Assembly: GCA_051294375.1 (NCBI GenBank)
Contig: CM119263.1
Coordinates: 24,656,688-24,720,687, forward strand
DNA from: Paraspadella gotoi
Taxonomy: Eukaryota; Animalia; Chaetognatha
DNA: 64,000 nucleotides
Direction of reading: 5' to 3'
The translations under genes were made by a program, and so were the position numbers. Shown here one piece after another: positions 47,424-60,329 of this stretch. A model generated the notes under the pieces. That model saw only the letters and a list, made by a program, of their open reading frames with translations. It was not told the DNA's origin and ran no database searches. Within the stretch, counting starts at the first letter, position 1, and every line of letters starts with the position of its first letter.

Positions 47424-49165
47424 TTTGACAATCAATAAGTTTTCTTTTTTTAATATAAAGTTATAAAGAGAGAGAGAGAGAGTTTCCAACAAAGAATTTA
47501 GTAAAGGACGGTGGTCAGATATGAGGACAGGTGAAGGAGTAAGGTGAAATTTGAAACAGAGAGAGAGTGGGGGAGAGGGGGAGAGAGAGAGAGAGAGAGA
47601 GAATTCTTTACATTTGGCAATGTACAACAAATGATATATGAAATAAATTAACAAACTTAAAGATTAAACTAATAATAACAGGATAAATAAATTAATGAGT
47701 TTAAAGGTTGAAATTGAAATAGAAGAATATTTTTACTTTTAAATTACGTTAGAATAAAATTGATAAGGATAATAATCACACCTAATTCAGTCCCCGATGT
47801 ATTAAAAAAAATTGTCGGATCTTGAAGTTTGATTCTGATAAAAAATTTATTATCGGGGAATGAGCTACGAAATGCTAATTTAGCAATTGAAACTGATGCA
47901 AAAAATAGATTTTCAATACAATTGTTTAATATATATATGCAGATTTGATGTCAAATTATGTATAAAATATTTTAGTATGATCGATCTAAATAATCTAAAT
48001 TTTAACGCATAATAATAAAATAATTTTTGAGTTAGCTTTATATATTCCCGCTATTAAGCTTCCTTGTTTAAAAAATTGTAGTTTTTTTCGTAGATAATGG
48101 TCAGACATTTTAATATTTTCAATATTAGTCCCGAAGCAGCTGTTAGCGAAGTTTAAGTTGTGTCACTCTGCCAGGATTGTTTTTTTTGGGGGGGAGAGTC
48201 GGAGACTGGACTCTCGTTTCCAAATTTTAACGAATTTCTTTTATACACGTAAATCAAAGTAATCTAATTTACATATTTCAATTCATATTAGTAGTTTTGG
48301 TTGGTTTGCGTGAAATGTTTAATTTTAATTATGAATTTTTAATTTCAAGAAAAAGATTCTCCGTAATCCCTTTCTAAATCAGCGGCTGCAAACGTATCAG
48401 CAGCAGCAGGACCATTACCTGAGTTCCAGCTCGGCGGGATTATTGTTGAGAATACGACGAATAACGTAATGTCGTCGACCGTCCTTCCTATAAAAGTGTT
48501 TAGCCGTAACGCGCGACCAATCAAGTTGATTACCACAAAGTACATAGATCCTGGCAGAGGCTTTTAAACATAACCTTACCGTTATTTTTTGATAACCAAT
48601 AAGAGCTTCGGTTGTGTGCGTCGCAACCTATCGCTGTTTGGTAGGGCTGATGAAGTGTTTCTAGGAAAGTAAAACAGTCTTGCATATAAATTAAAAGCTA
48701 AAAAAATAGGTTGATAGATTTCCCCTATAGCACTATAGCACTAGTAAGCATTAGACGAAGCACATTTTCTTTGACCAGTGAGTCACTGTCACTACTAGTG
48801 ACAAGTGTTTTTTTTATGTGCTTAGTGACAAATTTGTTTTTTTTTTCGTACTTCCCTCTAAATCTATAAGAGTTAATAATTAACCAAAATTATTTGTTTT
48901 TGGGATGATCATCAAGCGCCAATTAGTCCCAATGACGGTTGACAATGATCAAGCCAAGTCAGTGGATTTGTAACTTTGTTTCGTATTGTTAGAATGGAAA
49001 ATGAAAAATCAATTAATAAATACATAATCATTTATTCTGCGAAAAATATCCACACAAATTTTAAGTTATTGAATATTCTAATATATTACAAACACGCTAC
49101 TCAAGAATTTTTTGAGGGGGTCGGACCTTTTTTACCACTCCAGGTTGTTTGAAATTCTTTTATTT

Positions 49166-49175
49166 NNNNNNNNNN
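49166..49175. other. Assembly gap (10 N)
   Basis: nnnnnnnnnn in sequence. Confidence 1.
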
Positions 49176-52100
49176 GAAGTAAATCGCTAAAAGCCCCAAG
49201 TCTGAAACGTAAATTATACGAATAAACGAAATAATTTGAACGGATTAATAGGCATTCTGGATTCAAAATATAGAGGAATTGCACAAAAAAATATTAAGCA
49301 GTGGCCACTGGCCAGTTCTTTACTTAGTTCTACCGCAATTATATACTGATAAAAGCGATACAATCCCTAATTTTCTTCCGTCATGTGGCCTAATGAAACA
49401 AACTGAGAATAGCTCCCGATTACAATTAAAAAAGATGTTTTTTGAGTTTGGTTGGTTGAAATAAAAATGGAATCAAAGCCTAAAAAGTTCCCATTCGCCC
49501 TTTTTTCCATTTGCATTCCACTTTTCTCCCTAATCTCGTAAATATTTTATTGCCTGTGTGGGCGTCTTTCGTCAGTCTGTGACTCTTGTCGAGAATCGGG
49601 CGAAACCCGTTTGGCCACGATCGCGCTGCCCGGACAACCTCGTCGAATCAGCTCTTATGAGAGCGAAACCGCAGAAAACCAGGGGTGCCCAGTATTCGAG
49701 AATCTCGGAAGATTCGTAATTAAATCAATTTTAAGTCGAACGACTGGTTTTGGAATACAGAAAACTTTTTAAGCAATTTTCTTTTCCTTTATTTAATTTT
49801 TGTTCATGCGAATCGTCGAACTGTTTTATTTTTAAGTAGTTTCACCAAATTAGACTAGTTATTATTCAACATTCGAATTCCAAAGATAAGCCATATATTG
49901 TTCCATCGTTTTTTAAAGAATTCGATTTTTAAAAACTTAAATGATAACTTCTTAAAAGGATTATATGAAAACACTAGCGCAAAATCTCGCCTACGTTTTT
50001 TACGCTTTTCTCTCACATTATGGATATAACATTATTCGTATTTGAAATTTTTATGAGATACCGTCAAGTTTTTACGATTCGGCCCGAATGCAAAACCCAA
50101 ACCCGTATTATAGTTTTATTTGCACACCGTTCTGTTAACAAGCGGCAAAAAAATATTTTCTAATCTCTGAAGACCTAAAGAGATAGATTTTTCTTCTGCC
50201 TTTGCTACAAAACTTATTCGCTGCTATCTCCATTCGCTTCTGCAAAGATTCGGACATTAGATTGACAAGTCATACTCAACCCGCCCACTGCAACTCTTCC
50301 AAGCGACGTATGATTAATATTGATTATAATGTAAATTACTTGATACAGGTCGGAAAATATCTAACTGTATTTAAGTATTCAATTCATGCCGAATTAACCA
50401 ATTTTTCTATGAAAATAATTATAAGTTGTTGAGACTATTCGACTGCTTGCACCCGACGTTTCTTGCGTTTGTTGTAACGCTTTTGATAAAAAAAAAGTTT
50501 TAAAAAATGGTTTAAAAAAAAAAAAGGTTTTTCGCTATATCAGGTAAGAATAACACTATCAAAACATACATGTGTGACAACATTCACAATAGCATTAATG
50601 GATGTCAACTCCCTCGACTCAGTATTTTAATTTTTTTTTTAAATGCACCTCTTTTTCGCCTTACAAGTAGCCTCAATTAACTCCAGACGCTTTTCCTCAT
50701 TTTTTTTAATTTCTTCGTTTGCGAGAAGAACTTGCAAGTTGCAGAGTTGCTTTTTAAAATTTTTCACCTTTCACGACTATTCAATTTCTTTGGAAACTTT
50801 TTGAAATTATCTTCCTCAACTTCCGATTGCCTTTTCAACATCCCATTATTTTTTTTCCCTTCCCCCCTTTTCCCTCCACATCGTTCCTGTCTCTCACTGT
50901 CTCAGTTTCACCTGTTAACCTGAAAATTCACGGAGAATCAAATTAGGAAGTTCTTTCTGCTTAGCGGATGATATATAAGTGGGCGAATCAAGTTATAATC
51001 TATTTTAAGAATATTTTTATCAACTCCGATGATAATTTAAAGGGGATAACTTTTTTATTTCAAAGTAGGAAATTTCAAAAATTATAAGTACGTATAATAT
51101 GGAATGTTTAAATAAAATATAAACTTTAATAAAACTTGAAATGTTTAAACATTTGCTTTTTTTATTATTATTTTTAAGTAAAGGTATGCATGTCTTCTAA
51201 TTCTGATTATTAAAACTGCGATTTCCTACTTTCGCCTTTTTATCACGGTAACAAGCAGAAAACGAGTGTTTATGTTAGATAAAAAGGTCTTCCGCCCGGA
51301 TAAACGGCAAAGTTATATAGTTTGGGTCGCACCCAGGTATTAAGCTAAACTTTAAAAAAAAGGAATTTGCTAAAAAGTAAAAGAAATAAAAAATTAAATA
51401 AAGGCTACCACACATGGAAGGGATCCACGGAGTATGTAAATATTGTTGTAATCTTCGCTGGTTCAGGTTTTTTTTTTTCGTTTTTTTTTTTTTTTTCGCT
51501 TTCTCCGCCTTAAATTTATCTTCAGAACTCGGTAAACAAGCGTCTTTCCGATTCTACCGGTCGTCCTCAAATAACTCGGATTTAATTTTTCCGTTTAACT
51601 CGACTACTATCTACAATCAAAGGCGGGCAATTTACCGAAATTTACATTAAATTGATTAAATGTAAAATTGGTCGGCTCAAACGATTAATTCCATTAGCTC
51701 GCTTTTATGATCGAGAGTAAATCGCGATCAGTCTCATTTACTTGTTGGAGGTGACTGTACCGCGCGTGGTCGTACATAAACCGAAACCTGCCCGTTTTGA
51801 GGATTTATTTCGTTTGAAAAAAAAAAAAACCACTCGCGACAAAACAACGCCTTGTCTCGAATCAACGACCTCGTAGTGACGGGCCCTCGAGTATAAGAGA
51901 CCAGATGGTCGTCGGCTTCTCTTGTTTTTGTCGACGAACTTTGAAAATGTTTCTCACTTTTAAAAGATTCGGGATCTGGAAAAAGGGAAAAATCCACCTT
52001 GTTTTTCTGGATTCTTAAACCTACTTTAGGTTTATAAATATATATTTGTTTAAATTTAAAACGTGCTGTAGCTAAAAAATATTTTTTTATGATATCTCTC

Positions 52101-52444
52101 TCGCTCAGTAAAAACTTTGGTTTCATTTCCAAATAGATTTCGTGTTTGTTTATTTTTGGAAATTGGATTTCGTCCAAATATAATACCTCCGGATTCTCTG
52201 TCGCCGTCTCTGTGACGATTCGGTTGCTCAACGATCCTATTGAATCGCTTATTATCTCCAGGATTAAAAACGAAAGAATAATAAAACTGAATAGGTGAAT
52301 GAATAAAAAAAAGAAACAGTTGTCGCCGCCGAATCTCTTAACAGCATCAAAGGGGATTGAAACTTTCTTCATATATAAACTGTAGCCTGTTTAGTAATCT
52401 CTTTCGTATCGTTAACTTTCTTACGCACTTAACGCCATTTAAAA

Positions 52445-55400
52445 ATGGACTATATCTTTCGCCGTCGATGGTCGGAGAAATCCGAGTCGACCACGCCCCC
52501 TCCCTCTTATTCGCCTTCCATCTCGGCGCCATTCAGTAGATTTTTCGGCTCTTCGGACTCGCCGCCGCCTTACGAACGCGATCCTCCGGAAAACGACGAT
52601 GATCGTTCGCGCATGACCGTAAAACTCAAGGTACTTCCCATCGAGTTCGAGGATGACGACGACGACGACGACATCAACCTCCAGACGGAGAACGTGGTCT
52701 TCGACCCTCTGCGTGGCTCTGGACTGTCTCCTCTCGAGGACAAGAACAACAATGACGACGATTACGAACCCAGCCTAGTGAAACTGGACGAACCAAGCTT
52801 CGAGGCCTCTCCAGTCAAGAAGCCAAGACGCAGCAATCCCCCGAACTTAACGACGCACACGACTGAAACCATCACCATAGAGACCTCAGAATTTTCTCAG
52901 TCGAGCAACTACGAGAGAAAGGAACCGAATGTCGTGTATCCGAACTTGACGACGCCGGTAATTCCGGCGGTGGATCCGTTGCCAGTGCTGCCTGTTGAAG
53001 AGTTCCCGTCGCAGAGCGCGCCTCTGACGCCAAGCGATTCGGACGACTCTGAGTATGAGGAACCCGTAACAAAACCGACGAAAAAGAAGCCAAAGAAAAA
53101 AGGAAAGCGGAGTTACGAGACCACCGAGACGACGGTGACGACGACGACGGAAATCTCAGAGTACGAAAAAACCGACGTGCTTTCTCAGTTCACCGAAACT
53201 CATCCTGAAAGCGACCCCAACCATCCAGCCCTTCCCGTGACGGAAGATCTACCGATGGTGGAAGAGCCTCCTTTGGATCAGCCGAAGAGAAGCAGCTTGG
53301 ATTCCCTCAAGGGTTCGCTCATGTTTTGGAATAAACCGAAAGAAAATCAACCTGTCGAAGAACCAATCCCGGAGGTCGAGGATGTGTCCCCAGTCGAAGC
53401 ACCGATCCACAAGACGAAAAAACCCGGAATCTTTGATTTTTTAAATTCGGAAAAGCCGGAAAAACCCCCCGTGGACGTGGAAGAGGATGAAATCGTGGAG
53501 GGAAGAAAAAGTCCCGTTTTCAGTTTACCAAACATTTTTAGCTCGAGAAATGATCGACCCGACGAGAGGAAGGAACCCGTCGAGGAAGAAAAGCCGAAGA
53601 AATCCGCGGAAAAGACTCCTGATGACGTAGAAGAGGATGAAATCGTGGCGACCAGAAAAAGTCCCATCTTCACTTTGCCGAGTTTTTTAAGCTCGAATAA
53701 TGACCCGGATGAAGAGAAAAAGCCCACGGATACGGAGGAAAAACCAAGCATTTTTAACATTAATCCATTTGGAAAAATGTTTCAGGGGTCTAACAATCCG
53801 AAGAAGAATATTCCCGAAGTCGAGGAAGAAGAAATTCCTGAACTGCGGATAATCAATGTGGAGAAGGTTATGCCGGAGCCTCTCGACCAAGAGCCGGCCT
53901 TGGAGTCGGAGGTTGTTGCGGAAGAAGAAATTGAATTTCAAGCTTTACCTGAAAAACTTCCGAGCCTCAACGAGCCAACCGAAACTGATATAAATTTGAT
54001 AAAAATGCCTTCCGTGACACCGATTAATATAAATTTAGTGGAACACGTCCCCGATCGTGACTTTAAAGAGGAAGAAGAGTGGAAAAAGATAGTTCGAGCT
54101 GAGTATGGTTCTGACGAAATAAAAGACTTTTATGTGAAAGCTAATACTGCTCAAGAAAAAATAATCAACAGTGATAATGATCTACTTTCAATTAGCGTTT
54201 TATTAACTGATAGTAAACCATGTGAAGAAAAAACTCAACATCCCAAAAACGCAGGAGTTCTTTCCGTTGAACCTTCACCTCAACCCCCACGGTACCTTGA
54301 AAAAAAAGAACCTGTTACGCCAGCACCTCCAGTTTTCCAAAAAGAAGAAATAAATTTTGTAAGAGTTACTGAAATACAAGAAACCTATAAAACACCAATT
54401 AAAGAAAAAGAGCCCACAACTCCATTTGTTATAGAGCCTGAATACAATGAACCAAAAGAATCAAAAATTATGTTTATTGAAGCTCCAAAACAGCAAGCGA
54501 AACCTGCTGAACCACCAAGCCTTGTTACAGATACTGAAAACGATACTAAGGAGCAAGAAATATTAAAGATGGCAACAAAGAAAACAATAGTATTGCAAAA
54601 AACACCTAAGTTAGCTGAAGAAGAACCAGTGAAAAAAAGTGACGAAAAGGATAATCTTTTAAATTTTGAACCAAACATTTTGGAAAATGAAGAGGATCCT
54701 ATACTAAAAAAGAAACCAGATGACAAACAGCCAATTGAGTTCACTAAAAGCAACATTTCTAATTTAGTGTATTTCCCCCAAGAAAAAACAGCTCAACATT
54801 ATTCTAATTTACTAATAATATACCCTACCATATCAGACAAAATAGAAGAAAAAAATGTCGAGAAAGCGCCAATCCAATCTCAAATTTTGGATCTAAATGT
54901 AAATTCATTAGAGTCTATGAACAAACATGTAACTGTATTTCATACTCCCAAGAAATTGAATAATCGCTATGTTGAAATGGCATTTATTGATTTTCACCCT
55001 TACATAGAAGAGGCCCTTTTACCAGAAAAGGTAGATCCTGTAGATGCGAAAATTTACGAATCTCCACCTATCCATAAAGAGGTCCATCTCGTGGAATCTG
55101 TATTGCCAATTCAACATGAGCCAGAGAAACAAACTGAAGAGCCTATTCCGAGCCAAGATCCCAACTTACTCGCAGAAATCATTACAGCAGTTAATGATAG
55201 AGAGGTAGAAAAAAATAAGAAGGATGTTTTAAAAAAATCTAAAAGCAAAGTTTTTGAAGAAATACCCAAAGCCTTTGATGAAATGGTTCAAGATAAAAAT
55301 AAGAAAAATGAAGTATCCACAAAAAATAAGGATGTTTTAGACGAATTAGTGCTTGCACATGATAAATTATCTAAGGAAAATGATAAAAAGCAGAAGCTAA

Positions 55401-58400
55401 AGCCTGTTAAAGATAAAGTTCTTAAAGATGCATTAAAAAAGGTAGAGGACAAAAAAAGTGAAGACGCTAAAAAAGATGTAGTTAAAGAAAAGAAAAGCAA
55501 TGTTCTCAAAGATATTCCAATTGCTGTAGAAAGTAAAATAAAAGAGCAAAATGACAAAAAAGAAACGAAAAAAATTCAAAAAGAATTGTTGAAAGATATT
55601 CCACAAGCCTTTGATGAAAGGGAGACAGTCAAAAATATAAAGCAGGAAGTACTTGAATCATTTAAACCTGTATTGAATAATATAGAAAAAGCTGTAGCTA
55701 GTCGAGAATCTGAGAAACTTGATCGAGGAAAGTTAAAGACAAAGAAAGATTTGATGTTGCAAGACATTCCTGATGCCTTTAAGAAGAAAGAAAACCTTAA
55801 GAAACTTAAAAAAGAAGTGGAAACTAAAAAAATGGATACAGTTAAAGATATCCCAGGTGCTTTTGAACAAATGGAGGAACTTCGAAACAGTAAAACAGAA
55901 GTAAAAATTATATTCAGACCAATACTTAAAAGTTTAGAAGAAGCCGTGGAAGAAAAAGAAACCTATAAAAAACATGCAGAAGTCGTTAAAGATAAAAAAG
56001 AAAAGGTTTTGAAAGAAGTGAAAGATACCCATTTGAAGAGAGAAAAAGACATTGAGAAAAAAAATGAAGTGAGAGAATCATTAAAACCGGTTTTGGTTGA
56101 TTTAAAACAAGCTGTTGATGAAAAAACAAACGAAAAAGTTTTCACTCAAATTGTTAAGCATAAAAAAGAAACGGTCCTGAAAGAAGTTATTACTCATTAC
56201 GATTATAGAATAAATATTGAAAAGGAAAAAGAGGAAGTGAAAAAGAATAAATCCATTTTACATAATGACGTCATTAAAGCTGCAGAAAAAATGGACGATC
56301 TTCACAGTACAAAGAAAAAAGTAAAAAAACAAAGCGAGCCTGTTTTTAAAGATTTAGAAATTGCAGCCAAAAAAATGGAAGAATTAAAACAGATTAAGGA
56401 TAAGCAAAAAGAAGAACCGAAACCTGAACAAGAATTGGTAATGATGGAAAAGGAACCAACAATTAGTAATAAACCTGTAGAAAAAGAACCTGAATGGAAA
56501 AAAATTGTGAAGGAAGAATATGGCGAAGATTATGAAGACTTTTATATTAAGAATAAATCGTCAGAAGAGAAAAACATAAACAGTATCAAAGATGACCTGT
56601 CCATATCGGTCGCTGTTGTTCAGTCAGAGATTAAAAAACCAGAAAATGTCCAGGAAGAAATCATATTCTCGCCAGTGGAGCCCGTCCAGTCAGTTCCTGT
56701 CTCGCAAAAACCGGAGAAAAAGATAGAGAAGCCGATTGAGCCCGATGAAGAACAACTCGAAACCTTGGAGATCTTGAAGAAAACCGTGGTTACTACCCAG
56801 ACGATAGTTACGAAAGAAGAGAAGGCCGAGACACCCATTATTATCCCGGTCATTCCAAAACCACTCGAATCGCAACCAGTCAAAGCTCCCCTTCCTCCGA
56901 AGAAAAAGGAAGAAAAGGAGGAGGAATGGAGCGACATGAAGGAGGTTCGCTTCAAAGTGATCCGAGAGGTCACATCTGACGGTCGAGTCACCCTCCGGAC
57001 AATTTACGAAGACGAAGTCCAGGACAAGACCGCCTTTGAGGACTACATCAAGTCGTCGGTGCTGCAGACGGAAGAAGCGGAGGCTGCCATGCAGAGGACG
57101 GCCACAACGTCCATCTTGACGACCACGGACGAAAGGTTTCTCAAGGAAAAGCGCAAGTGGACCACTTGGAAGATGGAGTATGAGACGGCTCGCGGGTTCG
57201 ATGATCCGGATTCGAGGCGAATCCAAAGAACCGATTCGGATCCGTTAAACGCTCCACCACCGATCGTCACTCCTCGTCGGAGTTCCGCGCAACTCAAGGC
57301 GGATCCAAACCTGTTCACGCACTCGGGCAGCACACGGCGAAGCTCTGCGCAGCTTAGACAGGATTTTGCCGAGGAACATCAGTTCTCTGGAAAAATGAGC
57401 AACACTTCCTGGGTCAAGCACTTTAGGAAACATCCGGAATTCCCGATATTCAAGGTGAGGTTGTAAAATGTGCATCGTTATAATTATATATAATTATAAA
57501 GAAAAACATCGATTTGGGAAACAGTGCTAATTTTATTTAACAATCTATATATAATTATATTGTTAATAGCCTTTTTTCTTCCCGCCTTTTTTTTTTTTGT
57601 GATCAGTTGCCGTCCATTGAGGTAATGAATCTGAATGACAATTTATTATTTTATGTCGAAATTTTGGGGAAAGTGATTTATGAGTATTATTTGTGGTGAT
57701 TTGAAACACTAAAAATGAGAAATAATGATGTGTTAGATAAATGAATTATGATTTATGATATGCTTTTCCAATGAAGCTTTGAAGCTCAAGCAAACAAACT
57801 AACCTCCATTGCCTTTAATTTTTGGTAAAATTTGTTGCACATAATTGTCCTTTTTTTTTATACTTCACTTGATATTTACGTATATTTGCTAAAGTAGTTT
57901 AATTTCTTTCCCTCACCGTTTCCTGACCAGGCCTCCAAAGACCGTTCCAGATCTCGGGAAAACCTCGGCTCCTTCGAGTCCGACCTCCTTTCGGTCCCTG
58001 ACCTCAAGACGCAACGCAGCCTGTCCACCTCCAACCCGTCGTTGGAGATGTTGGCCGCGGCACCCAACAAAACCTTTCCATCGCGCTCGATCTCGACCCA
58101 GCCGGCCATGCCGACTGCGTTGTTGTTATCACCTCCGGGATCGACAACGATGTCGGCGATGACCGAAACGGAGACCCTCACGACGACGACGACGCTGAGA
58201 AAGCGACATCTCTCGCAGCACGACATGTACAATGAGGAAGGTGAGTGCTGGATACTGTTTTGTGACCGATTGTCATCGTAATGACTTTGTCACTTTTTTC
58301 AAAACCCTTTTATTAGTGTTACTTAAAATTTTATTTATTTCGATTTTGCTTATCCCTTAGTATCGGCTGTAGAAACATCCGAACACGACTCGGCATTCTC

Positions 58401-59066
58401 TTCCCTTACTCTGAGCGCGGACGATACGAACCGATCAAGACGTCCATTTTCGAAGGTAAGTTAAATTTATAAAATCTATTCACAAATCATTTGTTTTTGA
58501 AATAAGAAGGTATAGATTTTATTCCTTTTGTAAGTTAGCAAGCTTAACCTAATTAAAAACCAATTATCATTAGCTGAAAAATTTTCATTTTATATTTTTT
58601 TACGACCCTAGGCCCATCAAACCCACCAAAACTCCTTTGATGCCCCATTTTAAACCTCCTATCCTCCCTTTCTTTATCTTCGTGTGTTGTACAGTACTGG
58701 TTCAGATAATGTCACCGCACGACGAGCACGTATAATACTAAAACTAAAAGCCTGATATGGTGAATAAGTTTCGCAAATTTGGTATTGATTCGCACTTATA
58801 GTTATGACGATGGTGTTCGATCACTCTTCTTTTTTTTTTTTTGCCTCCTCTGATTTTCTTTTATCGTTTTTTCTCGCAAGGGATCCCGACGAGGATCCGA
58901 TCCGTCATTCTGGTCGTCGGCTTCTTCCGAGGCCGACGCCATATTAGATCAGTTTACGATGGAAGAGTTGGAAGAGCATTTGCGACGAAGACGAAACTGC
59001 GTCACACCTCCGGCGTCGACCAGACTCGTTCTCGACGACTCTGATATTTTTGATGAAATTTTTTGA
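52445..59066 (+). CDS. Large Pro/Glu/Val/Lys-rich, largely disordered protein with 28-aa tandem repeats, ~1,870 aa
   Basis: 5.0-kb exon 52445-57454 (1673-aa ORF, donor AAG|gtgagg), 15-nt micro-exon 57607-57621, then 57931-58240, 58361-58455, 58881-59066 in frame to TGA (...DDSDIFDEIF*). Upstream exons are possible. Confidence 0.85.
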
Positions 59067-60329
59067 TATATTCGCGAATTATATACTCTTGTTTAATTCA
59101 TTTACTGTTTTCCGCGTTTATTTGTATTTTCTGGTATTCTACACGATCAATATATTTTATTAACCCCGCGATAAATAGTTCTCCATTTACTAAACAAGTG
59201 AAAGAAAAATACTACTAGAAGGAACAATTCTATTTATTTAGAAACCGAAACATTTTTCAGTTGACTATTCTGTGAGCGTGACAGAATTCTAAAAATAGAT
59301 ACTACAACAATTTAAACGGGAAGTTAAGAAAAAAATTGCAAAGCCTTGGTTGCGACCGATACGAAAATAGATTATTTCACTTTTCGTCGTTGTCTTAAGC
59401 GACGAGACATATAATTGTTATTTAATCCTTTTCGTTTGTCACTGCCAAGAAACTAATTAAAAATCACTAAATCAGTGATTGGTGATTCCGCTTTTTTTTT
59501 AATTCTTTCAGCTTTTTTTAAAACCACTAAAAGAGCTAATTTTAATTTTTCTAGTTATTGGCGATTAATTGAGGATGCGTATTTTGCTACTTTTTCAGTT
59601 ATTGTATACTCACTATCTGACCTCCGGTGCAAATTACTGTTATATCAAAATTTATATGAACAATATTCAAGTTGATTGAAAATCCCTTGCGGAATTTGAT
59701 TAATTTTCGAATCTAATTTAATTTAATCGGCGTGAAATAGTGTGACGGCTTTGCAAGTTTCGGGACATGAAAATACTAATAATCTACGATGGGTGAATTT
59801 CTAAATTGAATAAGCTCGACTTCTGACTCCTGTATCAAAGGAAAGGGATAAGGGAAGCATACTAACGACGACAGAATTTCACGAAATGATTCGTCGGGAG
59901 CTTTTTGGGCATCCCTTTAAATTATTAGGCCAAGACGTGTTTCTTCTTGTCAGATATTTGATTTTAATTTGGAACACTCGACATTTTAAGAATCGTGACG
60001 GTGCCACGGGTCGGCGTGACAGCGAACGGAAGACACGTGACTCAATTCTAACGGAATTCCGTAATTTTCTCGAGTCGTCGCGGCGTCGGGTCGTTTTACG
60101 ACTCCCGATTCTCCAGCGTCCTTCTCCATTTCCTTTCCCAGAGAGAGAGAGAAGCCGCAACTCGGTGGGGGCCCCCGGAGATTTAATCTAATTTCGACGC
60201 CAAAGAACGGGTAATGGCGTCACGGGGTTTTAACGAAGACACGGGATTTCCAAGTGATAGCGTCTCGCCCGCCGCAACGCGGTCTATTCGACGCGAGAAG
60301 CCGCGACGAGTATTTTTGTTTTTGTCGTC

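Noticed and set aside
51734-52372. 212-aa minus-strand ORF
   Set aside because: No recognisable motif, runs through homopolymer tracts and lies antisense just upstream of the giant gene; probably a chance ORF.
52570-57475. Multiple minus-strand ORFs over the giant exon
   Set aside because: Antisense shadows of a biased Lys/Glu/Pro-rich coding strand.
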